Assembly (NCBI GenBank): GCA_051942205.1
Contig: JAVECO010000046.1
Span: 1 to 64,000, forward strand
Direction of reading: 5' to 3'
Source of the DNA: Coniocarpon cinnabarinum
Taxonomy: Eukaryota
Length of the DNA stretch: 64,000 nt
In this document: in pieces, positions 12,896 through 24,577 of the stretch
How positions within the stretch are numbered: position 1 is the stretch's first letter
Layout of the letters: every line of letters starts with the position of its first letter
Translations under genes and position numbers: made by a program
The notes under the pieces: generated by a model
Databases searched by the model: none
Told to the model about the DNA's origin: nothing
The model's input: only the letters and a program-made list of their open reading frames with translations

Positions 12896-13043
12896 GCTCG
12901 TTTCTCTGTGAAACGGAATGGAATCAATGAACGTGTTGCTCGTTTCTCTGTGAAACGGAATGGAATCAAAGAACGTGTTGCTCGTCTCTCTGTGAAACGG
13001 AATGGAATCAAAGAACGTGTTGCTCGTCTCTCTGTGAAACGGA
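12896..13043. repeat. 42-bp tandem repeat, 3.5 near-identical units
   Basis: Unit GCTCGTYTCTCTGTGAAACGGAATGGAATCAAWGAACGTGTT at 12896, 12938, 12980 and 13022 (partial). Confidence 0.97.
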
Positions 13044-13483
13044 GGTTGGGATGTGGAACGATGGTGTAGTGCCTCATTCCCATCTCGATGTTTTCATTTC
13101 GATAACGGTAATATCGTCATTGAATGAACAGTAGTTTCGAGACTTGTTTGGATGGACTGGTGGGGAATGGATTTCCAATGGATTTTGACTTGTGGTGCAG
13201 CCCTCGCGCTTTTATGTCATGTGAAGAACTGCAATAAGATGTTTGACATTTGCGTGGAGGAAGATTTGCGTGTTGCGTGCTGCGGTGTCATGCTCGTCTT
13301 CGTGAGTAGACGGATGATATGATGTTGATGATTCAGAATATGTTCAGATGATGCGATGAGAACACGCGAGATCAGTGTCAGCTGTTGTGAAGCCTGTTTG
13401 AGGCATTGTTAGGAACGTGTCGTACCAGACGTGGGGCCATTTGCACGAACGTGTGTGCGAAACCAGGCACATCAGCATTCACA

Positions 13484-16400
13484 TCAGCGAGCGCCCCTTC
13501 CACGTCCCCGTCCTCGACCACGAAAGCCCCGACCACGACCCGCAGTCTCCAAACTCGCAGGCGGTGGCACATTCGTATAATTCTGCGGCTGCACCTTTCG
13601 ATCCACAACGCCCGCCATGGGATCCGAGTTGTCCACCGGATTGAATCCCTGACGGTTCACGTATTGACCAGGACCACCACGCATCACACGTAGGGTTGAG
13701 GAATAGCCCAATCCGCCACGCTGCTGATTACCGCGTGCAGGACGGTGCGCGAGTGGAGCATGATGACCATTGGCATGGCCGTTGATGCCGTTGGTTGCAC
13801 TGCGACCTGCAGCGCCACCACGTGGGTGTGGACCTGCTACAGCGCCTCTGAATGAACCACGTAACGGTGCAGGCGCCGCTGCAGGGACCATTTGACCGGC
13901 GACACCAGCTCCAGCGTCAAAGCCATTGACAGCGTAGTAGCCACGAGGTTCTGTTGGCTTCTTTGGGCGAGTGTCAGCGAACACTTGTTGATCCGTCAAG
14001 TTAAGAAGGGTGTTGCATTCCACAGACGCGCCTCGGAACGGTGAGCAACGCTCGTTAAGCGTTGTACCGCTCATGAATGTCGCATCGAATAAAACGTCCA
14101 AGAAAGTGGTGCGCGCACTAGCAGTGATACCCACAACCGTTCCCGTCATACCAATGGGTACCTTGCCCTTATCAGCCACGTACACACAACGATCGCCAAC
14201 TGCAAAATGTTGGGCATTGAGACGCTGGGCGGCGTCGGCGGGCTTCAATATAGAGTGACGAGGGGCACCCTCCAGTTTCTGCGTCTTGGGAGGTGGGCTA
14301 TTTTCAAAGACGTAGTCCGCGCCCTGCTGGACCTGGTGGACGCCGTCGGAATCGAGCTGCTCCGCGTGCAGAGGCACACGCTCGAACTCCTTGGTCTCCA
14401 CGGTCTTCAACCACTGACCGATCTCTTTCATTTTGTCGGCTGCGATTTCTTTCGGATAGAAATCAGTGTCTTGGAAGCCATCACCCTTGGGGTTTCGCTG
14501 GATACCCGCAATGAAGTCTGGAAAGTTGATCATGTACTGCGAAATGAGAGTGACAGCTTTCACGCTGTATTCCCAACCTGACTGACCCTTGCGTGAGTAG
14601 CCAAGGACCTTCTGCTGCTTGGCTTCAAATTTCAAATTCAACCCCAGATTCAGTCGAAGTGAGCTTGAGATGACATTGAAGGACGACGTAAGCTTCGACA
14701 ACGCCAGCGGATTCATCTGAAGCTGACTCGCCACTCGGTATGCTGGAAAGTACGGCGTGTTCTGTTGAAGGCTTTCGACCATGGTCTTTCCCCAGCTCTC
14801 GTCGCGGCCTCGGGCAGTGGCGAGCCACACATCGACCTTGTCGTTCGGTCGGTGGGCTGCAATCTCCAGTGGCCGGCCGTAGCAGCCCTCTTTCAGACCC
14901 AGAAAGAAACCGTTCGACTTGAGGGGCAGCTCTTCTTCGATCGGCAGAGCATCTCGCTCCAGGAAACGCTCGTCCTCGCTAATGACGCTGTCGACGATGG
15001 TCTGGGTTGCATATTGTGTTTCCACACCTGCGATGGGGCCATACTCTTTGACGAGATCACCCTTTTCGGTCTTCTTCAGACCTTTCAGCATTTCCACGTG
15101 GACGATAGAATCTATCGTACCAACTATCATGCCCAGTCGCTTGCTATATATCTTTTCCAGTCGATCAGCCATCTTTGCAAAATCGTTGATGGCTGCGTCA
15201 CTGTGGTGGATTTGTATAGCTTGGGGACTTGGGTGTGCAGGGAGAACGTAGTCGAACAGCTCGTCAGAGACTTTGACAACTTTAGCTTCTTGCAGAAATG
15301 GAAATCCAACATGCACAACTTGACCCAACTTTTGCTTCGCGTTCTCGATACTGGTCAAGGTCTCAGCGCCGAGAAGTGTGACAATCATGCTTTGATTGCG
15401 GCTGTCTTGTTGGAACACGCTAACGCCATGATGCGCCAGTTGCCCAACATGGGGAAGGACTTTGAGCGTAGGGAAGCCGGCAAGAGACTCAACGCCGAGT
15501 TTGACGCCCTGGACGAGACCCACATGATATTCCAGGCCATCCATAGTCGGCAACTCATAGATGTTTTCCACGCAACGGCAGGCAGGTATGTCGTTGAATA
15601 TGCCGGGCATAGAAGATGGATATGTGAAATCCGTATCCGAGGCGTACGTATACTTGAGTGTAACACCAAATTCATTGCGTCTACGCTCGTCGTCTGATAG
15701 TTGGTCCTCCTTAGTGGCCATGGCTGCTAGAAGTCTCTTCTCGTCGATGAATGGAATTTTGATGACAGCTTCCCATTCCATCTTCTTGCCGTTCATGTCA
15801 AGCTCAAAGTCACGAGGGTAGAAGTCGTAGATAGGAGACTGTGGATTGGTCATGAGATCATGGTAGGGCGTAGGAACAATCTGTTTGCTACGATCTGGTA
15901 GGACACCCATGAGTTGTTGAAACGGCCTGAATGGCTGACCAAGTTCGAAATTCATGTCCGCGTTGAAGCCTTTTTTGACATCCGAGATCATGGGTGAGTA
16001 GTGATAGCGAAAGAACCAAGGCCATGAGGCCACACCTCGGTAGTAGTAGTATAACACCCACTGCAGTCCTTGTACGTAGTTCTCACTCAACTTGCGGAGC
16101 TCATCCTGATCGTCCAACCCCCAGTCAAGCTTGCTTCGATAGTACTCATCGCGCCACTGGTAGAATTTCTGATCATACTTCTCTTGCATCTTCTTCTTCG
16201 CATCATCGGCAGTCATGTCGGTCACTTGCGCCTTGTCGTACCGCTTCAGCACTCGGAAGAGGGCGGTCTGCGCCTCCTCATCTTCATCGTCTTCGTCAGC
16301 GCCGTCCTCTAGCGGCGGCGGCGACACGAGCTGCATGTGCCGGTTTCCGGTGTCATCGTCCACAGTCCTCCAATCGACATGCAACTCCTTCGCAAGCGTC

Positions 16401-17743
16401 TTGACAAACTCTCGATCACGAGCTGGAAGGGTTGATCCGAGGTTCAACGGCGGTCTATTTGCAAATCCAGAACTGTTACTGTTTACCCATTTCTTGACAT
16501 TGTTGAAGATGCGCTTCTGACTAGTCGAGATGATCGGATGGCCATTCTTTGTTTGCTTAGGCTGGGCTTCTTCCTCTTCATTCTCTTTCTGCTTGCTTCG
16601 CAGCCAGTTGGCATCCTCGTGTTCTGATTCAAAAAATCGATGTTCAACCCCCGAGAGCTCATCCAGTAGCATCCCAAGACGAGGAAGGTTGATCTCGCCT
16701 TCGTTGTTGATGTATCCACCAGCTCGGGGCAAAATCTTCTTGTAAGCCTCAAACATGAGCGCTAGCGCACCCTCGTTGATGTGCAAATGAGGTAAGTTGG
16801 GTAAAAAGTCATTTCCAACAAAGAAACACATGAGTATAAAATCGTCGATGATCCGCTCCATATCGTAAGGGAAAGACATCGCCCCCTCTATCGCAAGCTC
16901 TTGGAATTCCAGCTCCAAGTACTCACGAACAATGCATAAGTGCATCAAATAGAAATTCTGATGCTCGAGTTCCTTGCTCTTAACCTTGCTTTGTCGACCA
17001 AACGTGACCTCCTCTCGTAACAGGCAGAAATGTGGATCATGGCTGAGAAGTCCCAACATGATCAAGTCTGCATCCAACCCGTAGAGACAATGGCGCACAT
17101 TTGGATCGTAATTGGGCTGGCTTTTGGCTTGGCGAATGTACTCCATGATCTTGTGCTCGCCCTCGCCGGGTACTTCATGCCCGGAGAGAATCACCTCGAC
17201 ATTTTGCCAGTCAGCGTCTTCCGTGACTTTCTTACTAATAAAGTACTTCAGTTGCTGTGTCAGCCGAGCCATGAACTCGGTACCCGGGGTGATGCAGTTG
17301 CTGTCAAAGGGGCTCTCTGTGGGCATTTCTGCGCCTTCAGCGATCGCCTTTTCTCTCGCCTTTTCTGCATCCAACGCGGTTCGAAAACGTCGAGCGCGTT
17401 GTTGGTTCATCTTCGCTCGGGGCGCAACTCCATCGATCGCCATGAAGAACAGCTGCTTCGGTTTGATCTTGCTGAAGAGATGTTCGATGTAGTTGAAGAT
17501 CGCAATAAACATCTTGTCTTCCGTCATGCGGAACGACGGAGAGTCAGAGTCCTTGTGTGTGCAATTGTGGATGATGCCGTTCATGTCAAGATAGAGGCAG
17601 TCGAACTCGGGTATGCGACTCTCGGCAATGAGCTGCGAGATCGCGGGATACCTGACAGGATTGTTAGCTTGAACAGTTCATAGTGCATCATTGTTATGTG
17701 CGCACCGCTCGCTCATCCATCTGAAGAACTTCGGCACACCCAT
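13484..17743 (-). CDS. XRN1: 5'-3' exoribonuclease 1
   Basis: Exon 17743-17706 (MGVPKFFRWMSER), intron 17705-17652, then YPAISQLI...LYLDMNGIIH into the 1366-aa ORF with DGVAPRAKMNQQRARRF, PGEGEHKIM, YGLDADLIML and GNDFLP motifs, long XRN1-type C-terminal domains and an RGG tail. Confidence 0.98.
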
Positions 17744-18331
17744 TGTGAATAGACAATTATGTCAATGAACGAATCAACAAGAGTATAAAGGAGCGAGTAT
17801 AAATCTAAACGATGTCAGCTTCGCAGGGTCCACGCATCCTCGCTGTCTTCTTCAGTCTCCAAAAGTGCTACGACGCAAAGCAACCGATGGCACGAGGTTA
17901 GATGAGAGAAAGAGTGAATGAGTGAGTGAATCTTCGTCATTGAAGGCGCGGCAAATTCTATTGCCTTGCGCTAGTGCTAAATCCGGCTACGAGAATCTCG
18001 AACTACCTATCCGCACATTCCTCATTCAGACATTGCTTTAGTCTGTCCCGCTTGGCAGGGTAGTAAAAAACCATTGGAGCATTGGCCGACGACGCGCTGT
18101 TTTGTGTATGTGTCACCGATTCAACATCACTGGTATTTTTTGTCTAGTCATTGGGATCTCTTGGATTGCCCATTTTGCCACTGTCAACTAGATCATAACC
18201 TAGTCTCCGACCTAGATAGTGGTACACCTCAAGTGTACAGGCGCAGGCCATCCAATTCCCCTTTTCATCCTGAGACTTCTCAGCGCCGTGCATTCGAGCA
18301 GGGCTAAGCTGCTCGCACTTTTCAGTAATTG

Positions 18332-19651
18332 TCATAAGCCCGCCGAATCCGTGTAGTTTTGCTCCGCTTCTGCGCGCTTCTCCTCTCGCACGGCGTCGAC
18401 AGCATTCCCATCCACCACGCCGTTGGTCACGCCGTTTTCATAGACTTCAGCTGTGGCCTCTGGGCTTCCATCGTCGTCCAGCATCCACGTCAGTCCATTG
18501 GCTTCTTCTTCGCCAGGGAAAATCTCATGTGCGTATTCCTCGATCCCGCGGTTGCCCTCCCACAGCGTGATCGCTTCTTGGGGATAGTACATATCTGGTC
18601 CGAAGTACGGAGCGCCCTGGTCGCCGAGAACCTCTTGCATGGTTTCCAGATGCGCACGGTACCCGTCAGGAACCGGAACATGGAATTCGATGGGACCACG
18701 ACGGTAGGTGACCTTGCGTCCCAAACCACGGGAAAAGGCTTCGCACGTTTCAAGTGGGGTGAGTACTTCAAACGTAATAGGAATGCTGTACGTCACGTCA
18801 GCCTGCATAATATGCTCGCACAATATGCGCCCATTACTTGGAATAAGCGCGCCGGAGATCTCTATCTCCGAGGGAGGGGCTGAGGTCGACAGGACAATGC
18901 TGTTTATTGCCTGTTGAGCGCTGCGGTGTCCCGGAATTCGGGTGGCGAAGAGCAGTGCGCATGCCCTGGAGCTTGCATAGTGGTCATGTGGGAGCAGGGT
19001 GACTTACCGATGCCCAGCCCATCGTCGGGGTCCTTCCTTGAAAATCTGCAACAATGCTGGACCCATGTCATGCTCCGGATCGAGCCAGGGAATAGGCGCA
19101 TCTGGTGGGAATGGCGCCTGCCACACGAAGCCGCCGTTCGCCTGCAGTTCGAGACCAAATAGCGGATATCGCAGACTAGTGAAATTATTGTTGTAGCATC
19201 CAGCAAAGACAAAGGTTGAGTTGAGGCCTCGTAATGAGCGCAAGTATCCCTCGACTTTGTGCTTGCTCGCCCAGAAGGGAATCGCTTTCCATGCCCCGTT
19301 GAAGGCGGAGTGATCGACCATGCTGCTGTAGACGTAGTGTTTGACTCCGGCGTCCCGGGCCGCATCACCCAGACGGCACCCAATTCCAACTTCATCACCC
19401 CAGTGGTAGGTGTTCACAAAGGCGAGCTCCGCATTCTCAAACAGCCGCCCCACCAGCTGAGGGTCTTCTAATGAACCTTCGATAAGTGTAACATTCTCGA
19501 GATCTTCCAATTCGGAGGCCACGACATCTTCCTTGCTGTGAAGCTGGGCGCGGACCTGCCAGCCAACGGCGGCGGCGGCGCGCACAACACTCGCGGCTTG
19601 TCGGCCGGTACTATTGACAGTTACAAGAAGTCGCGTTGGTGGCCCTGTCAT
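18332..19651 (-). CDS. nmrA: Nitrogen metabolite repression regulator NmrA
   Basis: Exon 19651-19008 (VNSTGRQAASVVRAAAAVG; YNNNFTSLRYPLF; PWLDPEHDMGPALLQIFKEGP), 222-nt intron 19007-18786, exon 18785-18332 (IPITFEVLTP...WEGNRGIEEYAHEIFP). Matches the recalled NmrA/NMR1 sequence pattern. Confidence 0.93.
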
Positions 19652-20683
19652 GTACTCTCGCGGCGCTCGGTCTAGCTTTTAGAGGTCCCAATGCTCGATG
19701 CTTTCGTTATTGATCGCGGAGAGCTGCCAGGTGCGGAGCGGAGGAGCTTGCTTGTCGTGAGGCAGGTTGAGTTTGGATTTCAGCAGTGGCGTGTGGGAAT
19801 GTGGGGCTGAACTGTTGGACCGTGAGATTGAGTTCTGGACTGCAGAGCACCGGATGTAGCTCGTTTGAAGAGACGCTGCCCTCGCGACGTAATGGTGACA
19901 GAGTTTGGTGCCGTGGGCGGGAGTGAGTAAAAGGCGTAGGCGGTTGCGGAGGCAGACGTCAAGAAGCTATTGGAAGGAAATCGTGGGTGGCGCCAACGAT
20001 AGGCGTGACAGTCAGCGCGGATGAGGCAAGGCTCGGGAAGGAGTGGAATTTGAGCAGTGGCGACGGTCGGGTGCGGTGTGGGTATTACTTGAGAGGAATT
20101 GCAAGGAGGCCCACTAAAGTCTAATTGACGGCGCTAGACTACTCCGTAGCGAGTAGCCTGCAAGGAGCCGGAAGGCGTTCAGTCGGAAAATTAGAGTTGA
20201 GTGGAAACTGGGGGCAGGAGGGTGTTGAGCCAGGATAGGTAGGATACGGAGTGGCAGAGACTCAGATGCAGAGAGAGCTGTGTAGCACGGACAAGACAGA
20301 TTGTCAGCACGCGTCGAGCACCCAGATGATTCCCAGAGCAAGACGATAGTCGACCATTGTCACCACGCGCGACGAGCGTTGAGAAGGGGCAACCGAGGAG
20401 GGTATGCGCGGGCGGCGACGGCACGGAGGGTGATGGGTGGTAGGTGTGGAGGGGAAGCAGGAGACGACCTCAGGTAAGGTCGATCTGGTGGTTGTGCGAC
20501 CCGGCAAAACGCCAGAAGAGGAGAGAGGAGAAAGAGGGCATCGCAGCAGTCTTTTCACACACCGCCAGGAACAGGGAACGACGGCGACGGCCTTCTACTC
20601 ACGACATGGAGAGCGCCGGAGTGCCCCTCCAGTCTATCACTCTCTGTACCTGTGCCCATTCGCCCACTGACGCGCTGATGGCT

Positions 20684-20698
20684 GATTATCTGATAATC
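20684..20698. promoter_or_regulatory. Palindromic double GATA element GATTATCTGATAATC (ATCWGATAA on both strands)
   Basis: Seen directly, about 1 kb upstream of nmrA. ATCWGATAA is the described SreA/Urbs1-type consensus; function is inferred. Confidence 0.4.
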
Positions 20699-21343
20699 GG
20701 GCCCTGACTCATGACGCACGCCCACGACCCCTCATCCCAAACACCACCACCCACTCGCCAATGACCCCGACCGCCACGCCCGCTGCCTGCTGCCATTCGA
20801 TTGCAACATCATCCACCCGGCTCTCGCCTTCGCCCACGGCCTGATTGGGCCCGCCATCTGCAAGACATCGCTCACAGCACAGTCCCTGCGCACGGCCACC
20901 CCCCAGGCCACGTGTAAAATCCACCCCCGGGCCAGCCCACACGCATCGACACAGACCCGGAGACGTCTGATAACAAGTGCTCGACCCCGGCCGCCAAACG
21001 CTTGACCGTAGGTAGGTACTGCCTGTGGACATTGAAGATAACCACCACGACTAGCTAGGGTTAGCGTCCCACGGGCCTCTGCAGTACGGAGTATCATCGC
21101 CTCGCTCTGAACTGGAAGTTGTCCTCGGAGTCCTCTCCGCCGCTTTGAGCCTCAGATCTCGGCGCTCGGAGCCTTGCCGAGATCCTCTCCCTGCCACCGC
21201 CGATGATCGGCTGCATCCTGATATACTTATCTGCACCACCAACCTGCGCCCGTCTTTCACCTGTGAACCTCTATCTCGCCCATTATCTCTGTCTCACCTG
21301 CCCCGACCCCTCGACGCAGCAATGCACGGGCCGAAGCGCGCCT

Positions 21344-23787
21344 CTAGATGCCTGCAACCCGGTCTGCTCGTGAGTTTGCCGGAGGCGACACGCCTATCGA
21401 TGCAACGCTGATTCCATTCACAAGAGGGCCATCCTCAACCACATCCGCATCCGGTCCCGCAGCGCCGTCGGTCTGCACCATGCTCGTTTCTGTCGCGTTC
21501 GTCTCTTTCTTCGTTCGCAGAGCCAAGGGGAACGGGTACTCTTCCGGATCTTCTTCTTCCGGTAATCTCCAGGCGATGTAGTCTTCGGTGCTCAAGCCTT
21601 CCATGCCTTCTTGCAAAGATGCGAAATCGCCTGGCGTCATCATGCCCGAGCGGTCTCGGGGAGAGCCAGGCGCGGACAAAGGCCGAGTCAGTTTGGCTGG
21701 CGCTGCGTCGCCAAAGATATCGCTACCCGCGTCGTTGGCATCGTAGCTTTGAGGGTATGCTCGCCTGAGTGCCAGCTGGCGAGCCTTGACGTATTCCATG
21801 CCCATGCGCTTCCAGTCCAACAAATCACTCAGTCTCTCCGTCCGGTTACGCTGATTGATCCGTTGTCGGCGACTCTTCATCGTGAAATCGAACATGTAGC
21901 TCGCCAGTTGATTCACGGAATCATCAATGCCCTTCATTCGTCGGTCGACAATGTAGATGCCATAGTCCGAAGCATTTTCTATCAGCTCCTCCATGTAACA
22001 ACCAAACCCGGAGAGATTCGTCGTAATGCTGGGTACACCCATGACGGTGCACTCGGCCGGCGTGTATCCCCATGGCTCGTAGTAAGATGCGAAGACCCCA
22101 AGATGAGTGCCCCTAACAAAATCATCATAGTCCATTGGCAAGACAGGATTGGCCGAGTTTAGAAATTCGGGGTGGAAGACGACCTTGACTCGATCTGAGG
22201 GATGATTGAAGAGTTGACACCGTCTGATCTGGCTCAGGATCGGATCTTCGGCGTCATTGATCATGTTGTGAGTGACCACTGGAGGAAGATTGCTACGCTT
22301 CATGGCAAACAGTCGTCGTCGCAGCATAATCTTGTCCTGCGCACTTAGCAGCTCACTATCTTCCGGCATCGGATCACCTTCGTTCCAAGTCAAGGATCGG
22401 TCGAAGAGTCTCTTGCCAATGTTTTCCTGAATAGTCTTTACTGTATCGTGGAGTGACTTGATCACAGCTTGACCCTTCAAAGCTTCCACGGTCAAGGATG
22501 TAACCTGTGCCGGCATGATGATGAAAGCCACCACGGTCATGTCAGAATTGGCAGACTTGAGTCGCCAGTTCAGTCGCGCCAACGACTCGATGAACATGTC
22601 GACACCTTTATTGCGGTACTCATATCGCCCGGACGTAAAGACGTACAAAGTCTTTTCGGGGTCGAAGTCATTGTGGCCGTAGAAATGCCCTCTCACAAAG
22701 TCATTGATGCGGGCCTTGTTGGTGGCATGCAGATTTTGGAACTCGTGTGTCGCGGAGAATTTCTTCACGTTCAGACCGTTCGGTAATACTCCGTCTGGCT
22801 TCCTCTTCAGCAAATGCTCACTCTCGTAAGCAGTGATGTGCGAAACTGTAGTGAAGACATCCGAAGAGTGCGCCGCTGCCCTCTCGATGCAGTACCTGTG
22901 ATAGATCCCACGCCTGCCTGCCTCGGCATCGACATCAAAATTTTGAAGATTGTTGTAGAAGTCCACGTTGCCAGCGCACAGATATCTCCCTAGCAGCGTT
23001 GCGTGTGTTGTGAAAATCGTAGTGCAGTCGATCATTCTCTTCTTTGTAAGCGGGACAGCGACGCCGGCGAGCCATTCATGGAATTGCGCGATTACTGCTC
23101 TGCGGGTCTCATTGAATGTGTACTATATTGTGGTCAGCAAGTTTTTGCCTCAATGTCGAGCGTGGGATTTACTTCGCCAAGAAACCTGTCAGAAACGTCT
23201 CAGCATGGTGTCCATAGTCAAAGGATGCCATGGACACGTACCAGGAAATAATATATCCAAACACGATGGCCTCGTTTGTTTCTTCGTCTCCAGGAGGTGA
23301 AGGGATGCCGCAGGTTGACCAAAGATCCGTCTTCCACTCATCCAAAAAGCCGTGCGCCGATTTGGTGTCAAATAACAAGACTCGAGGAGCACCGTCAATC
23401 AGCCACCTGCCATAGAGTGTTTTGATACCTCGAGCGGCCATGTTGTCCATAGTCTGCTTCAAAGCGTTGTCTTTAGGTTCCAGCTCCTCCACCTCCACTG
23501 CAGCCTGTGTTGCGTGTTAACCTCTTGTCATACGGCCACGAGATAGCAGTACTGACGGAGGCATAGTTGAGAGGACCCAGCAGGGTGTAGCTGGACCCAT
23601 ACTCGGCTGTTGTGACTTGGGCCTTTGACTTGAGCACCGAATAGATGCCGCCAACTGTCAAGGTCAATGTCAGTGTATGTTGTTGAGGCGCAGAGTGAGT
23701 AAAGAAGTCACCTCGATTTGCAACTTCGGTTGCGACCTCAAACAGGACATGATTGACTACATCTCGCTTCTGGGATTCTTCCGACAT
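21344..23787 (-). CDS. GSY1: Glycogen synthase (GT3)
   Basis: Multi-exon: [54 protein letters not shown]-terminal phosphorylation segment [20 protein letters not shown]. Confidence 0.98.
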
Positions 23788-24577
23788 TGCAAGGGAGGGA
23801 CGTGATGTAAAGTCAAAAAGACGGAATAATTCAATTTAGAGGCGCGAGGTATCGCATGCAGGAGACTGGGGGCTTTGGAGACTGGGAGGCACTTGCTATG
23901 TACAAGAATGCAGGGGAAAAGGAATGACTGGGAGTGTGTGGGTAAGGAGTAGCTGCACGACGGCTGACTGCATCCGATGGACTCTAGAGTCGAGTAGTAA
24001 TGGGAGGTGTATAGGGACCGAGTAAGCAAAGTGACGAGGTCAAAGGAACGAGCATGGATGGTAAAGCATGGCAGTCAAGATGGCAGCGACGTCAAACCCC
24101 GCGTGCAATGGAATGGACCACTGGAGAGGCCAGAGCTCCATCAGAGACGTTTAATAACGGCCACGCTAGCATTTAGCGTTCCCACGCGTAATCCGGGGTT
24201 CGCCCAGGGTGCTGGTGCGAGGGAAACGGTCATGTGAGCAAGGAGTGTACTTCGATTTTCCAGATGGAAGTTGGTGCAGGGATTGCAAGATCCAGACTCG
24301 CTCCTCTCGGAAGCCCTGTTCATTCATGCAATTCCACAACCCTGTGACAGCTGTAGTGTACTATATCGGACATCAGTCATCTCAAATCACTATATACGAG
24401 CTCTCCAACAGAGCAGTTGTGAGCTTGTCCAAGCCCCGGATCCGTTGGCCGCTATACAACCACTCAATGCACCACCCCAACTCCAATGCCAGTCAAACCA
24501 AGCTCGGGGAATCTTGCCAATTGCCTGTGAACCAAACGCCGTCTGATCTCCATCTTCATTCTCGCTCTTCAAAATAC

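Larger units (their letters stand above)
10222..13071. mobile_element. Candidate non-autonomous CACTA/En-Spm-like (or composite) transposon relic
   Basis: Right end ...CGATGGTGTAGTG (reverse complement CACTACACCATCG) preceded by subterminal repeats. Possible left end CACTACTCCATAG at 10222 (11/13 match); flanks CTT / CCT are an imperfect 3-bp TSD. No transposase ORF. Left boundary uncertain. Confidence 0.35.

Noticed and set aside
12896..13043. CRISPR-like look (GTTTC...GAAAC hairpin repeats)
   Set aside because: The intervening sequences are identical rather than unique spacers, there are no cas genes, and the genome is eukaryotic; it is a tandem repeat.
11317..13083. ORFs 11317-11550, 11405-11710, 12151-12511, 12779-13069 and 12817-13083
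   Set aside because: Their repetitive translations are by-products of the minisatellites.
14010..17683. Long + strand ORFs inside XRN1 (e.g. 14765-15697), and similar antisense ORFs in GSY, KDM5 and AA9
   Set aside because: Antisense shadows of codon-biased genes with no protein-like features.
18786..19007. snoRNA or riboswitch in the long nmrA intron
   Set aside because: No C/D, H/ACA or TPP-aptamer motif recognised by eye; an Rfam scan would settle it.
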